Assembly: GCA_977020255.1 (NCBI GenBank)
Contig: CDROCS010000506.1
Span: 868,001-932,000 of the forward strand
Length of the DNA: 64,000 nt
Direction: 5' to 3'
Source of the DNA: Obrimoposthia wandeli
Lineage: Eukaryota
The notes under the pieces: generated by a model
Told to the model about the DNA's origin: nothing
The model's database searches: none
The model's input: only the letters and a program-made list of their open reading frames with translations
In this document: positions 19,984 through 30,224 of the stretch, one piece after another
Layout: each line of letters opens with the position of its first letter
How positions within the stretch are numbered: the first letter of the stretch is position 1
Program-made: the position numbers and the translations under genes

Positions 19984-20030
19984 AAAAAGCCCCGTGAATA
20001 TTATATAAAATAATTTTCACGGGGCTTATT
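19984..20030 (-). terminator. ccm operon terminator
   Basis: AAGCCCCGTGAA...TTCACGGGGCTT inverted repeat with A run on the plus strand. Confidence 0.8.
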
Positions 20031-20048
20031 AACAAACACTAATAAGGC

Positions 20049-20087
20049 ATTACTACATAGCTATTACTACATAACTATTACTACATA
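20049..20087. repeat. Three copies of ATTACTACATA, 14-bp period
   Basis: Copies at 20049, 20063 and 20077. Confidence 0.85.
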
Positions 20088-20105
20088 AATAGTGCCTAGT
20101 ACCAG

Positions 20106-21401
20106 TTAACGACTCAAATTAAGCGTCACTGCACGAGCGTCGCCTTCATTAAGCGTCACAATATTAGAGTTGATGTCATCTTCTTTCGTCGTCACATCCG
20201 AATCTTGAGAAAGCTTAGCGCTGACTTTAATCGATGGGAATTGCGACATCTTCATTTGCGCCATCATTGCATCACTATCAGATAAAGTGATCGTTAATGG
20301 GAACGTTGGGTCCATGATACGTTTAACTGCAAGCGGTGCTTTAGGGCCCGCAGCGGCTTTCACGTAAACATACAAGTAACCTTTCATTTCAGCTTGGTCA
20401 GCAGTAATCGTGATCGTTACTTGCTCATTGCCCGCAACTGCGTCACTTGTCACTGCACTCGTTTCTGTACTTGTTGCCACAGGACGACTATCAACTGACG
20501 ATGCCGCATTGTTAGCCACAGGTGCAGAACCGTCTTTCGCTGCAATCTGTTTACGTGCGTATTCAATACTACCTTCAATCATTTGCAAACGATCTGGCTG
20601 GCCAGCAAGTAACGGTAACATACGTTGCCATTGCTCGATTGCGCCAAGGTAATCTTGATTTTCTAATGCCATGAATGCAGACGTCGATAACACTTCGATA
20701 TCGTCAGGTTTCTCTTGTTTAAGATCCATCAATATTTTACGTGCTAGGTTATTCTGATCTGGATCGTCGCTCAGCATTAATGCTTGTGCATAACCCGTTA
20801 CAATTGACGTATCCATCGGTGCTAGTTTATAAGCTCGGTCCATCGCAATGAATGCTGCGTTTGAATCACCTAGGGCAACGTTTAAACGACCCAGTAATAA
20901 CCAACCAAATTCATTATCTGGTTCAGCCATCATCTTAGTGCTTAATGCCAGTTTAAAGTCAGAGATCTCTTGATCTGTCACTTTATCACCTTCATTCATC
21001 ACACGATTAGTTAACTCTGGTAAGCGTGAATATACGTCTTCCCAGTTAGCTACTTGGTCACGAGCACCTAACGTCAGGTAAACAGACACAGAGAAAATAA
21101 CTAAGAATGCTACACCCGAAATCCAGATGAATGGCGAGTTCGCAGTACTTACTTTTTCCACTTTCTCGTCAACAACGTCATCTAATAGACCACGTTGCAT
21201 TTCATCAATAAACTCTTCGCTTTTGTCTAACAAACCCTGATCTTCATCGTCAGCTAATTCACTGATACGACTTTTATACAGGTCTTTGTTTAACTGGTCT
21301 CGTGTCGCGCCTGTTAATTTATTGTCACCCGTAACAGGGATCACAAATGCCAGCGCGGCAGCAATAACCAATACAATACTTACTATCCAAAATAACAACA
21401 T
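20106..21401 (-). CDS. ccmI: Cytochrome c biogenesis protein CcmI
   Basis: N-terminal TM helix, NKDLYKSRISEL, TPR region, C-terminal PLAVKRI..FPLTITLSDSDAMM domain. Confidence 0.92.
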   Translation of the reverse strand: MLLFWIVSIVLVIAAALAFVIPVTGDNKLTGATRDQLNKDLYKSRISELADDEDQGLLDKSEEFIDEMQRGLLDDVVDEKVEKVSTANSPFIWISGVAFLVIFSVSVYLTLGARDQVANWEDVYSRLPELTNRVMNEGDKVTDQEISDFKLALSTKMMAEPDNEFGWLLLGRLNVALGDSNAAFIAMDRAYKLAPMDTSIVTGYAQALMLSDDPDQNNLARKILMDLKQEKPDDIEVLSTSAFMALENQDYLGAIEQWQRMLPLLAGQPDRLQMIEGSIEYARKQIAAKDGSAPVANNAASSVDSRPVATSTETSAVTSDAVAGNEQVTITITADQAEMKGYLYVYVKAAAGPKAPLAVKRIMDPTFPLTITLSDSDAMMAQMKMSQFPSIKVSAKLSQDSDVTTKEDDINSNIVTLNEGDARAVTLNLSR

Positions 21402-21402
21402 G

Positions 21403-21870
21403 CTATTTCTCGCTATCTTTTAAAATTTTGGCCAAACGGTCTTTCTCCGCACTCGTTAACTCTTCATCGAGTTCATCAGTTTTAACACTGATTTTACGAC
21501 GACTGTTACGAACGATGATCAAACCACCAAACAAGACAAATAAACCAGGACCAACCCATAAAATGGCGGTGCCTAAGGTTACGGGCGGTTTGTATAAAAC
21601 AAAGTTACCAAATCGATCAATCCAATAAGTGACAATCTGATCTTCATCCTGACCTTCAATCACCATGTTATAGGTTTTTTGACGCATATCTTTGGCTATC
21701 GAGGCATTCGAATCAGCTAGGTTATTGTTTTGACACTTAGGGCAACGTAACTCTGCCGTTAATGTTCTAAACAAAACCTCTTGCTCTTCAGTCTCAAAGT
21801 CATAAACATCAATAACCGCCGCCACACTGAAACTGAGCATTAAAGTCATTAATACGAATAATTTTTTCAT
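21403..21870 (-). CDS. ccmH: Cytochrome c biogenesis protein CcmH
   Basis: LRCPKCQN motif. Confidence 0.95.
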   Translation of the reverse strand: MKKLFVLMTLMLSFSVAAVIDVYDFETEEQEVLFRTLTAELRCPKCQNNNLADSNASIAKDMRQKTYNMVIEGQDEDQIVTYWIDRFGNFVLYKPPVTLGTAILWVGPGLFVLFGGLIIVRNSRRKISVKTDELDEELTSAEKDRLAKILKDSEK

Positions 21871-21879
21871 CTTAAATCC

Positions 21880-22428
21880 TTATTTTAACTGCTCATAAAC
21901 AGCTTTCAGCTCACCATTCCAATTACGCGGGTTAATATCACCCACGTGCTTGAATTGAATAATGCCTTTACTGTCGATGAAAAAGGTTTCAGGCGCGCCG
22001 TAAACACCAAGATCAAGCCCTAGCATGCCATCAGGATCATAAAGACTGATCTTATATGGATTATCTAACTCTTCTAACCATCTTAACGCTTTTGAACGCT
22101 CGTCTTTGTAGTTCATACCGACAATGTAAACACCGTCTTCAGCAAGTTCATTTAAGTACTTATGCTCGGCGTAACATGTTGGGCACCACGTCGCCCATAC
22201 ATTTAATAACATAGGCTTGCCTGATAGCACGCTTTTATCATGCTGCAGTTCAGGTTCTACTAAATCGTTTAATGCAAACTCCGGAACAGGTCGACCAATG
22301 AAGGTCGACTCTAGCACGGTAGCGTCACGAAATAAGCCAATGTAAAGGAACGCAGAGACACATAAGAATACAATCAAAGGTATTAGTCGTGTCATTAACT
22401 GGTTCTTTTTTTTCACATCATTAGTCAT
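21880..22428 (-). CDS. ccmG: Thiol:disulfide interchange protein CcmG/DsbE
   Basis: WATWCPTC, GVYGAPETF. Confidence 0.95.
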   Translation of the reverse strand: MTNDVKKKNQLMTRLIPLIVFLCVSAFLYIGLFRDATVLESTFIGRPVPEFALNDLVEPELQHDKSVLSGKPMLLNVWATWCPTCYAEHKYLNELAEDGVYIVGMNYKDERSKALRWLEELDNPYKISLYDPDGMLGLDLGVYGAPETFFIDSKGIIQFKHVGDINPRNWNGELKAVYEQLK

Positions 22429-22442
22429 TATGCTTATCCTAA

Positions 22443-24407
22443 TTATTGCGCTTTCGCTGCACCTTTATTCACAAAACGATAACGGCGATCAGATACAGCT
22501 AACAAGCCACCAATAGACATAACTAAACCACCCCACCAGATGAAACGAATGAAGGGTTCGTAGTAAATACGAATTGCCCACGAATCATCAGCAAGTTGTT
22601 CGCCAAGTGCGATGTAAAGGTCACGCGTTACGCCCCAGTCAATCGCGGCTTCAGTCATTGGCATGCTACGTTGTGCAAAGTAGCTGCGTTTTTCGGCCTT
22701 CATAACAGTTTCAAACTTACCGTCTTTACTGATATTAAATACCGCTTTATAACCTTCGTAATTCGAACCATTAGCTTCACCAATACGCTCAAATTCAAAT
22801 AAGTAATCCGCAAAGACAACTTGATCACCCGGTAACATACGTAAGTCTTTTTCGATTTTGTAATTCTGGGTTGCAGAAATACCAATCAACATCATCGCTA
22901 AACCAATGTGACCAAGCACCATAGCCCAATGACTACGACCTAGTTTGGTTACACCCTTAGCAAAACTATGACGATGCGTAGCGCGGATATACACTTCTAA
23001 CGAACTGGTAATAATAACCCAGAATGCTAATGCGAAACCAACCACGGCAACAATTTTAATCTTATCCGCAAAGATTGCAGGTAGTGCGATCGCTAATGCG
23101 ATACTCGCTACGGCAATGACTGCTAACTGCTTAAACAGTGGACGTAAATCTGCTTCTTGTTTCTTCCAACGTAATAACGGTGCAACACCCAAGGCAATTG
23201 CAAGCGGGATAATCATATAGAAGAAAATATTATTAAAGAATGGTACACCGATTGAAATCGAGCCCATACCTAACTCTTTATGTACGAGTGGTAACAAGGT
23301 ACCAATCAATACAACAAGTAATGCTGCAATTAATAATACATTATTCATTAACAAGAATGTTTCACGAGAAAACAGACTGTATTTACCACGACTCTTAATC
23401 TCTGAACCTTTCACTGCATAAAGCAGTAATGAACCACCAACAACCGCAATTAAGAAGGCTAAAATAAACAAACCACGAGCAGGATCAGAAGCAAATGCAT
23501 GCACAGAAACCAATACACCCGAACGCACTAGGAACGTACCTAGTAAGCTTAAACTAAATGCAGAGATAGAAAGTAACACTGTCCATGATTTGAATACACC
23601 ACGTTTCTCACTCACTGCGAGTGAATGAATCAATGCAGTACCGGCAAGCCAAGGCATAAACGATGAATTCTCTACTGGATCCCAGAACCACCAACCGCCC
23701 CAGCCAAGTTCATAATAAGCCCACCAACTACCGAGTGCGATACCACCTGTTAGGAATACCCAAGCGATAAGCGTCCAAGGACGTGACCAACGAGCCCAAG
23801 CAGAATCAAGACGACCCGCCATCAATGCCGCAATGGCAAAAGCAAACGCAACAGAGAAACCAACATAACCCATGTACAACATTGGCGGATGGAAAATCAA
23901 ACCAATATCTTGTAGTAATGGATTTAAGTCATTACCGTCGAGAGGTAAGTAAGGCAAGGTACGATCAAATGGATTTGACGTTAACAAGATAAACAAGTTA
24001 AAGCCAATCGCAATCATCCCCATCACAGACAGTACGCGTGCGAGGGCTACCTTTGGAATACCACGGCTAAATACCGCAACAGCAGCCGTCCAAATAGCGA
24101 GGGTTAAAGACCACAGTAGTAATGACCCTTCATGACCACCCCATACCGCAGATATTTTATACTGTATTGGTAACAATGAATTTGAGTTAGTTGCAACATA
24201 ACCAACTGAAAAATCATCAGTTGCAAATGCGTACGCTAATACTGCAAATGACAAGCTCATTAGCAAGAACTGCATAATGGCTAATGGCTTAGCGCTATTA
24301 ATCATACCAGGATGATTAATCTTCGCGCCAATAAGTGGATAAATTGCCAGCAAGAACGACAGAGCCGTTGCGACAATTAAACTAAAATGTCCTATTTCAG
24401 GGATCAT
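22443..24407 (-). CDS. ccmF: Heme lyase CcmF
   Basis: WGGHEGSLLLW, WGGWWFWDPVEN, SVHAFA. Confidence 0.97.
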   Translation of the reverse strand: MIPEIGHFSLIVATALSFLLAIYPLIGAKINHPGMINSAKPLAIMQFLLMSLSFAVLAYAFATDDFSVGYVATNSNSLLPIQYKISAVWGGHEGSLLLWSLTLAIWTAAVAVFSRGIPKVALARVLSVMGMIAIGFNLFILLTSNPFDRTLPYLPLDGNDLNPLLQDIGLIFHPPMLYMGYVGFSVAFAFAIAALMAGRLDSAWARWSRPWTLIAWVFLTGGIALGSWWAYYELGWGGWWFWDPVENSSFMPWLAGTALIHSLAVSEKRGVFKSWTVLLSISAFSLSLLGTFLVRSGVLVSVHAFASDPARGLFILAFLIAVVGGSLLLYAVKGSEIKSRGKYSLFSRETFLLMNNVLLIAALLVVLIGTLLPLVHKELGMGSISIGVPFFNNIFFYMIIPLAIALGVAPLLRWKKQEADLRPLFKQLAVIAVASIALAIALPAIFADKIKIVAVVGFALAFWVIITSSLEVYIRATHRHSFAKGVTKLGRSHWAMVLGHIGLAMMLIGISATQNYKIEKDLRMLPGDQVVFADYLFEFERIGEANGSNYEGYKAVFNISKDGKFETVMKAEKRSYFAQRSMPMTEAAIDWGVTRDLYIALGEQLADDSWAIRIYYEPFIRFIWWGGLVMSIGGLLAVSDRRYRFVNKGAAKAQ

Positions 24408-24418
24408 TGTAAACTACC

Positions 24419-24898
24419 TTATTTGGTTTCGTTTCCGTATTCAGGTTTCATATGCTTAATACCTTTAATTGCTTCAGCAACTTCGGGTGGCATATATTCT
24501 TCATCATGTTTCGCAAGTACTTCAGATGCAGCAATCACATTCGCTGACTTTAATACGCCCTGCGCCACAATACCTTGCCCTTCACGGAATAAATCCGGCA
24601 AGATACCTTCGTATTCCAATGTCACTAAACCGCCGTTATCATCGCTTAACACGAAGCTAACTTTAAGGTCTTCCATATTACGCTTAACAGTTCCAGGCAT
24701 CACCAAGCCACCAATACGCAAGCGCTGGCCGATTTCAGGTTTGATTTTATCTTCACCTAGCCCTTCAACAAGTTGACTCGGTGTATAAAATAAATCAATG
24801 TTCTGTTTTAATGCATAAAGAACAAGGCCTGTCATACTACCTAAGCCAATAATAATCACTAACGCTATTAATAAGCGTTTTTTACGTCTTGGGGTCAC
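24419..24898 (-). CDS. ccmE: Heme chaperone CcmE
   Basis: [22 protein letters not shown] (heme-binding His); GTG start. Confidence 0.96.
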   Translation of the reverse strand: MTPRRKKRLLIALVIIIGLGSMTGLVLYALKQNIDLFYTPSQLVEGLGEDKIKPEIGQRLRIGGLVMPGTVKRNMEDLKVSFVLSDDNGGLVTLEYEGILPDLFREGQGIVAQGVLKSANVIAASEVLAKHDEEYMPPEVAEAIKGIKHMKPEYGNETK

Positions 24899-25101
24899 AG
24901 CGTATTCTCCATTTTTTCAGCAGCGCGCATACGTTCAATACGCTGATGCTTATTTTTAATTTCATCAATAATTTGGCGACGTTTTACAATCGTAGCAACC
25001 GTTAATGAGCCTAATGTTAGCAGGCTAAAAGCAACCGCAAGCCAGACATAAAAACCATAACCACCCATTGCTAAAAAAGCTGAAAAGCTATCAAATTGCA
25101 T
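24895..25101 (-). CDS. ccmD: Heme exporter protein CcmD
   Basis: [12 protein letters not shown] motif, TM helix, basic tail. Confidence 0.93.
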   Translation of the reverse strand: MQFDSFSAFLAMGGYGFYVWLAVAFSLLTLGSLTVATIVKRRQIIDEIKNKHQRIERMRAAEKMENTL

Positions 25102-25102
25102 G

Positions 25103-25843
25103 TTACTTGTCCTCGATAAATAATTTTTTCACCCAAGGTCTGTGCGACTCGCGGGTAATTAATTCATTCCTAAAACGCATCAAGGTCAAGGTACCAAACA
25201 GTAAACCGAAGCCTAATAAGTTAATCAGTAAAGGCCACAGCATATCAGTATCCATTGACGGCTTATCGAATTTACTAATCGTGGCTTTTTGATGTAATGT
25301 GTTCCACCACTCCACAGAGTAATGAATAACGGGTAGGTTAATCACACCAACTAACGCAAGAATACCAGCAGCACGACCAGCAAGTAGCTTGTCGCTAAAC
25401 GCGCCATAAATAGCAATAACGCCAAGGTATAAAAATAATAAGATAAGTTCTGATGTTAAACGTGCATCCCATACCCACCAAGCACCCCACATAGGTTTAC
25501 CCCATACAGCACCAGTAAATAAAGCAATAGCAGTAAAGACAGCACCAATTGGCGCAATCGCAGCAACAGCCATATCGGCCATTTTAAGTTGCCATACCAA
25601 ACCAATGAAGGCAGCAATTGCCATGCTTAAATAAGCCCCCATAGATAATGATGCAGCAGGTACGTGTAGATAGATGATTCGGAAACTATCGCCTTGTTGA
25701 TAATCAGCGGGCGCAAATACAAAACCCCAAACCATACCGATTGTCAGTGATATAGCACTAAAAATTGCAAACCAAGGCAGCATTTTACCGGCTAAGTTAT
25801 AACTTTTTTCTGGTTTTGCATAAGGATGCAGCCATTTCCACAT
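25103..25843 (-). CDS. ccmC: Heme exporter protein CcmC
   Basis: WGKPMWGAWWVWDARLTSELIL (WWD domain). Confidence 0.97.
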   Translation of the reverse strand: MWKWLHPYAKPEKSYNLAGKMLPWFAIFSAISLTIGMVWGFVFAPADYQQGDSFRIIYLHVPAASLSMGAYLSMAIAAFIGLVWQLKMADMAVAAIAPIGAVFTAIALFTGAVWGKPMWGAWWVWDARLTSELILLFLYLGVIAIYGAFSDKLLAGRAAGILALVGVINLPVIHYSVEWWNTLHQKATISKFDKPSMDTDMLWPLLINLLGFGLLFGTLTLMRFRNELITRESHRPWVKKLFIEDK

Positions 25844-25941
25844 AGTAAACTCTCTACATTAATAACGGCTCAATTATATGAACCTAAACAGTGATTGAAA
25901 CTAACTTTACTTTTCTTTAATTAAAAGCTTTAACTAACGAT

Positions 25942-26610
25942 TTAACTCAGGCTAACCCGCAATGATGCAGCGATAGCAAACGGTGATAAAGTAACCGATG
26001 CAGCCAACATAGCACCTAATATAGCAACAGGGCCGGCATACGACACACCAAAACTCGCCGCATCAATCGCACTGGTTGCAAAAATTAATACGGGAATAAA
26101 TAACGGTAGGATCAATAAACTTAATAATACCCCACCTTTACGTAAGCCAACAGTCAATGCCACACCAATCGCGCCGACAAAACTCAGTACTGGCGTACCA
26201 AGTAACAGGGTAATAAACGTCGCCGTAAACGTATTCGCATCTAATGATAAAAACACCGCTAACAAGGGTGAGACAAGCAAAATAGGTAAACCAGTCAGTA
26301 GCCAATGCGCCACAACTTTCGCGGTAACGATCACCCCCAATGGCGTGTTCGTTAACATTAATTGCTCTAATGAACCATCAAGGAAATCATCGCGGAACAA
26401 ACGCTCCATCGATAATAACGCCGATAATAATGCCGCAACCCAAATAACCCCAGGGGCAATACGTAATAACAGGTTTGGCTCTGGGCCAATGCCTAATGGG
26501 AAAAGCGTAATAACAATAATGAAAAACCACAATGGGTTTAAGATATCTGATTTACGGCGAAAGGCTGTCATGAGTTCGCGTTTAATCACCTGTATAAAAA
26601 CAGCAAACAT
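25942..26610 (-). CDS. ccmB: Heme exporter permease CcmB
   Basis: LFRDDFLDGSLEQL, LLILPLFIPVLIF. Confidence 0.96.
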   Translation of the reverse strand: MFAVFIQVIKRELMTAFRRKSDILNPLWFFIIVITLFPLGIGPEPNLLLRIAPGVIWVAALLSALLSMERLFRDDFLDGSLEQLMLTNTPLGVIVTAKVVAHWLLTGLPILLVSPLLAVFLSLDANTFTATFITLLLGTPVLSFVGAIGVALTVGLRKGGVLLSLLILPLFIPVLIFATSAIDAASFGVSYAGPVAILGAMLAASVTLSPFAIAASLRVSLS

Positions 26611-26611
26611 A

Positions 26612-27244
26612 TTAATACTCAGTTAAGTGTTGACGGGTTAAGATGATCTTACGTAAGCGCCCTGCTGAGAACTGTAGATCTTGATGCGTCGTTAATATCA
26701 CGCTGCCACCATTATCTGCATGCGCTAAGAATAAACTCTCTAAGACTTTCACACCATTTTTATCAATCGCGGTAAACGGTTCATCTAAGATCCATAATTT
26801 CTGCTCAGATAACCACAAGCGTGCTAACGCAATACGACGTTGTTGGCCCGCAGAAAGATGACAAGCGAGTTGGTCTTCATAACCAGCAAGACCGACTTGG
26901 GCAAGTGCTTCCCAAATCTTATCTTTAGCGACAGGCGCGTGCATAGCATGGTAGAAAAATAGGTTTTCGAAAGCGGTGAGTTCTGCTTTTACCCCAGGTA
27001 AATGACCAAGGTAGAGTAAATCTTGATGATAGTTTTCACGGTCTTCTAAGGTATCAATGTGCTGCCAAAGGATATGGCCATCTGCGGGTGATGAGAGTCC
27101 GGCTAATAAACGCAGTAGGCTTGTTTTACCTACCCCATTAGGGCCTTCAATTTGAATCATTTCACCTGTAGAGACGGTGAAACTCAGATCTGAAAATAAC
27201 ACGGTATCTTCGCGTATACAGCTTAAATTAACGACTTCTAACAT
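26612..27244 (-). CDS. ccmA: Heme exporter ATPase CcmA
   Basis: GPNGVGKT, LSAGQQRRIALARL, LDEP. Confidence 0.96.
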   Translation of the reverse strand: MLEVVNLSCIREDTVLFSDLSFTVSTGEMIQIEGPNGVGKTSLLRLLAGLSSPADGHILWQHIDTLEDRENYHQDLLYLGHLPGVKAELTAFENLFFYHAMHAPVAKDKIWEALAQVGLAGYEDQLACHLSAGQQRRIALARLWLSEQKLWILDEPFTAIDKNGVKVLESLFLAHADNGGSVILTTHQDLQFSAGRLRKIILTRQHLTEY

Positions 27245-27347
27245 ACTTTTTTATACTTCCAACAGCAACCTGCAAGAATATTAACATATTCCGGCTTTAA
27301 GCATAATTAAGCAACATCAATTAAGCGGTCAATTATAGAATTAAATG

Positions 27348-27761
27348 TTACTTTTTATGGAAATTAAGGAGTAGTTCTGCTTCAGCACGTGGTAGTTCGC
27401 ACTCACGCATAATTTCTTCCAACGTTGCACCGAGTTCAACCAACTTAACCGCACGGGTGTAAAATCGGCTATCAGGATCTTGCTGATCTTGAGTCGTCAT
27501 CTCTTCTTTCATTTCGTCTTGTTGGAATTTAGTTTGCTGTAGTTCCGATGCGACCCCCTGAATTGCACCACCTAAATTAACATTAGATGTACTCAGTTCA
27601 ATAATGCGTTTTTGCAGAGAGTCACTTGATTTAGATAAGTGCTTTAGTAGTAGACTATGGGTGGCCTGTAGTTTAGTTAACTTACGAAATAATACAACAC
27701 AACCAATAATCGCAGCAATTGCCACAGTCAATGCAGCACCAGACAAAATCAAAGCAAGCAT
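27348..27761 (-). CDS. DUF2802-like membrane-anchored protein
   Basis: Start at ATG 27761 (GAAGGA SD); YTRAVKLVELGATLEEIMRECELPRAEAELL motif. Confidence 0.85.
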   Translation of the reverse strand: MLALILSGAALTVAIAAIIGCVVLFRKLTKLQATHSLLLKHLSKSSDSLQKRIIELSTSNVNLGGAIQGVASELQQTKFQQDEMKEEMTTQDQQDPDSRFYTRAVKLVELGATLEEIMRECELPRAEAELLLNFHKK

Positions 27762-27788
27762 ATTGAGTCCTTCAATAAAATAGCAATC

Positions 27789-27824
27789 AAAAAAGCACTG
27801 TAACAATCATTACAGTGCTTTTCT
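27789..27824 (-). terminator. Terminator after cheW
   Basis: AAAGCACTGTAA...TTACAGTGCTTT with A run on the plus strand. Confidence 0.75.
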
Positions 27825-27845
27825 AGATAGAAATGAGTATTAAGC

Positions 27846-28334
27846 TTATAAACCGCTTAATTCATCCCACTCTTCATCACTCAAAAACTTATTCAAATCA
27901 ACAAGAATAAGTAATTCGCCTTCACGGTTTGATACACCCTGAATGAACTTAGCGCTCTCATCAGTACCAACACTCGGCGCCATATCAATTTCTGAAGAAC
28001 GTAAATAAACAACTTCAGCAACACCATCAACTAAAATACCAATGACTTGTTTTTCAGCTTCGATGATCACAATACGTGAATTTTCGCTTACTTCTGATGG
28101 CATCAAACCAAAACGCACACGGGTATCGATCACGGTAACAACATTACCACGTAAATTAATAATACCAATTACGTAATTTGGCGCACCCGGTACTGGAGCA
28201 ATTTCTGTATAACGCAGTACTTCTTGTACTTGCATAACGTTAATACCGTAAATTTCATTCTCAAGTTTGAATGTAACCCACTGTAGTACTTCATCTTCAG
28301 ATGCATTTTCACCAAGATTTCGAGACTGACTCAT
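27846..28334 (-). CDS. cheW: Chemotaxis coupling protein CheW
   Basis: QWVTFKL..E.YGINVMQVQEV, GIINLRGNVVTVID. Confidence 0.96.
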   Translation of the reverse strand: MSQSRNLGENASEDEVLQWVTFKLENEIYGINVMQVQEVLRYTEIAPVPGAPNYVIGIINLRGNVVTVIDTRVRFGLMPSEVSENSRIVIIEAEKQVIGILVDGVAEVVYLRSSEIDMAPSVGTDESAKFIQGVSNREGELLILVDLNKFLSDEEWDELSGL

Positions 28335-28350
28335 GTTTTATTTCCTTCTA

Positions 28351-29415
28351 CTATTGCCCATGAATATTGATGCCATTATCCAGCAATTTAATCATTTCGG
28401 TTACATGTAATAATACGCACATACGTGATTTAACCATGCCAGCTAACCAAGGTCGACTACCAGGTGTACTTCGCCATTTAATATCAATACTATTTAAAGT
28501 TTCAGTACCATGCAGCGTTTCGCAGCCCAGTACCCAATTTGATTCGCTAAGTTGGATTTGATATTTATAATCTATCGCCCCCATATTCTGTTCAGGCATC
28601 ACCCATTGTGCTGTATCAACAACACTCAACTTTTTATCTCGGTGTTGCATGATGCCTAAATACCAATCCGGTTTACCAAATAAGCTATTTACCGTATCGG
28701 CTTGATGAATGCCACCAAGTTCTGTCAAGGGTACAGCAAAGGTAACCCCTGCGACCTCAAAAAACAGCGCTTGGAAGCGTTCTTCTAATTCAATGTTTTG
28801 CCATTCGACAGCAGGTTCTTCATCAGCCTCAACGACAACATTTGATACAGCATCTAGATTACTATTACTTTCAGTACTACTGATACCATTATCAGTAGTA
28901 ACGCTATCTTCGATAACATCAGCTTCAATAGCCGCAGGCACTAACGCCACATCAACTACATCGACTACATCGACTGCATCAATGGCAGTATCGTTGGTCA
29001 TATCGACAGCTGGAGCAGTAATCGTTTCCGCTTCTATTGCAATATGTTGATGGTCTAGTACGGATAAGTCCATATCAGCTAAATCGATATCAACCACAGA
29101 ACCTAATAACTGGTCTAAGTCGCTTATGCTGCCAGAACCATCAGGCTCTGGTATTTTAAATTCACTCATGACTGCAACAGCTACGTCAGTCAATACCGGC
29201 TGTAACTCACGCTGTAATTGTGTATCAGCTTCAGCTATCGTGTTAACAGCGAGCACTGTTTCTGCGTGCTTTGTATCCATATGTTTTGTATCAACGTGCA
29301 CTGTATCAACGTGCTTTATATCAAGACTTACTTTTGGTGCGTCTTCCACAACAGGTACAGATAACATAGATGAAAAATAATCATCTAATGCAGAATGTGT
29401 TTGGTGCTTATCCAT
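28351..29415 (-). CDS. parP: CheW-like polar array anchoring protein (Vibrio ParP type)
   Basis: Start at ATG 29415 overlapping the ParA stop; acidic linker; C-terminal FQALFFEVAGVTFAVPL...RPWLAGMV domain. Confidence 0.78.
   Translation of the reverse strand: MDKHQTHSALDDYFSSMLSVPVVEDAPKVSLDIKHVDTVHVDTKHMDTKHAETVLAVNTIAEADTQLQRELQPVLTDVAVAVMSEFKIPEPDGSGSISDLDQLLGSVVDIDLADMDLSVLDHQHIAIEAETITAPAVDMTNDTAIDAVDVVDVVDVALVPAAIEADVIEDSVTTDNGISSTESNSNLDAVSNVVVEADEEPAVEWQNIELEERFQALFFEVAGVTFAVPLTELGGIHQADTVNSLFGKPDWYLGIMQHRDKKLSVVDTAQWVMPEQNMGAIDYKYQIQLSESNWVLGCETLHGTETLNSIDIKWRSTPGSRPWLAGMVKSRMCVLLHVTEMIKLLDNGINIHGQ
29257..29316 (-). repeat. 4 x 15-bp coding repeat (KHVDT VHVDT KHMDT KHAET)
   Basis: tgtttctgcgtgctt / tgtatccatatgttt / tgtatcaacgtgcac / tgtatcaacgtgctt. 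Confidence 0.85.
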
Positions 29416-30199
29416 ACAGTCGTTCCTGTTGTTTTTCGATTGCCAACAAGTCTTGCAGTAATGCGCCATAGGCAGCAACACCGCGGCTACTACGTGAATA
29501 CATAGAAGGCGGCATATGCTGTAAGCTCGCATTTCTAAATTGGGTATCTACAGGGATCACGGCACGCCAAACATGCTGACTGTAGTTTTGTTGCAATGTC
29601 TGCAGCGATACTAATGATGCTTTCGTACGACGGTCAAACATAGTCGGGATCACCGTATACTGAAATTTATTCGTGCAACTACGTTGCATAATTTCAAATG
29701 TTTTAACCATACGGTCTAACCCTTTCAAGGCTAAGAATTCCGTTTGTACAGGCACTAAAATACGATCACTACTTGCCAGCGCATTGACCATCATTACGCC
29801 TAGTACTGGCGGGCAATCAATAATAACAAAGTCATAATCACCGACCACTAAACTAATGATGTTTTTAAGTATCAATCCCATACCATCACGATGACCAAGC
29901 GTTCTATCTAAAGTCGCCAACGCCATTGTCGCGGGTAATAAATTAATACCGTTATAAGGTGTTTCTATTGTCGCATTATGTATCAATGCGGCATCAAGCG
30001 TAGGGGCGACAAAAAGATCAAATAATCCGACCGTTAAGTCATCACTGTCATAATTGAGATAGCTGGTTAAGGATGCGTGAGGGTCGGTATCAATTAATAA
30101 TACGCGTTGCCCTTGCTCTGACAGTAACCCAGCCAGCGTAATGGCAGTGGTTGTTTTCCCAACCCCACCTTTTTGATTAGCAACAGTCCAAACGTTCAA
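29408..30199 (-). CDS. ParA-family ATPase of the chemotaxis operon (Vibrio ParC-like)
   Basis: NQKGGVGKTTT, DTDPHASLT, IIDCPP; located between cheB and parP. Confidence 0.9.
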   Translation of the reverse strand: MNVWTVANQKGGVGKTTTAITLAGLLSEQGQRVLLIDTDPHASLTSYLNYDSDDLTVGLFDLFVAPTLDAALIHNATIETPYNGINLLPATMALATLDRTLGHRDGMGLILKNIISLVVGDYDFVIIDCPPVLGVMMVNALASSDRILVPVQTEFLALKGLDRMVKTFEIMQRSCTNKFQYTVIPTMFDRRTKASLVSLQTLQQNYSQHVWRAVIPVDTQFRNASLQHMPPSMYSRSSRGVAAYGALLQDLLAIEKQQERLYG

Positions 30200-30224
30200 C
30201 TTTACCTACCTTCTCTACGTGTCT

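Noticed and set aside
20049-20087. Short direct repeats as CRISPR or iterons
   Set aside because: Only 11 bp with 3-bp gaps; no spacers, rep gene or cas genes
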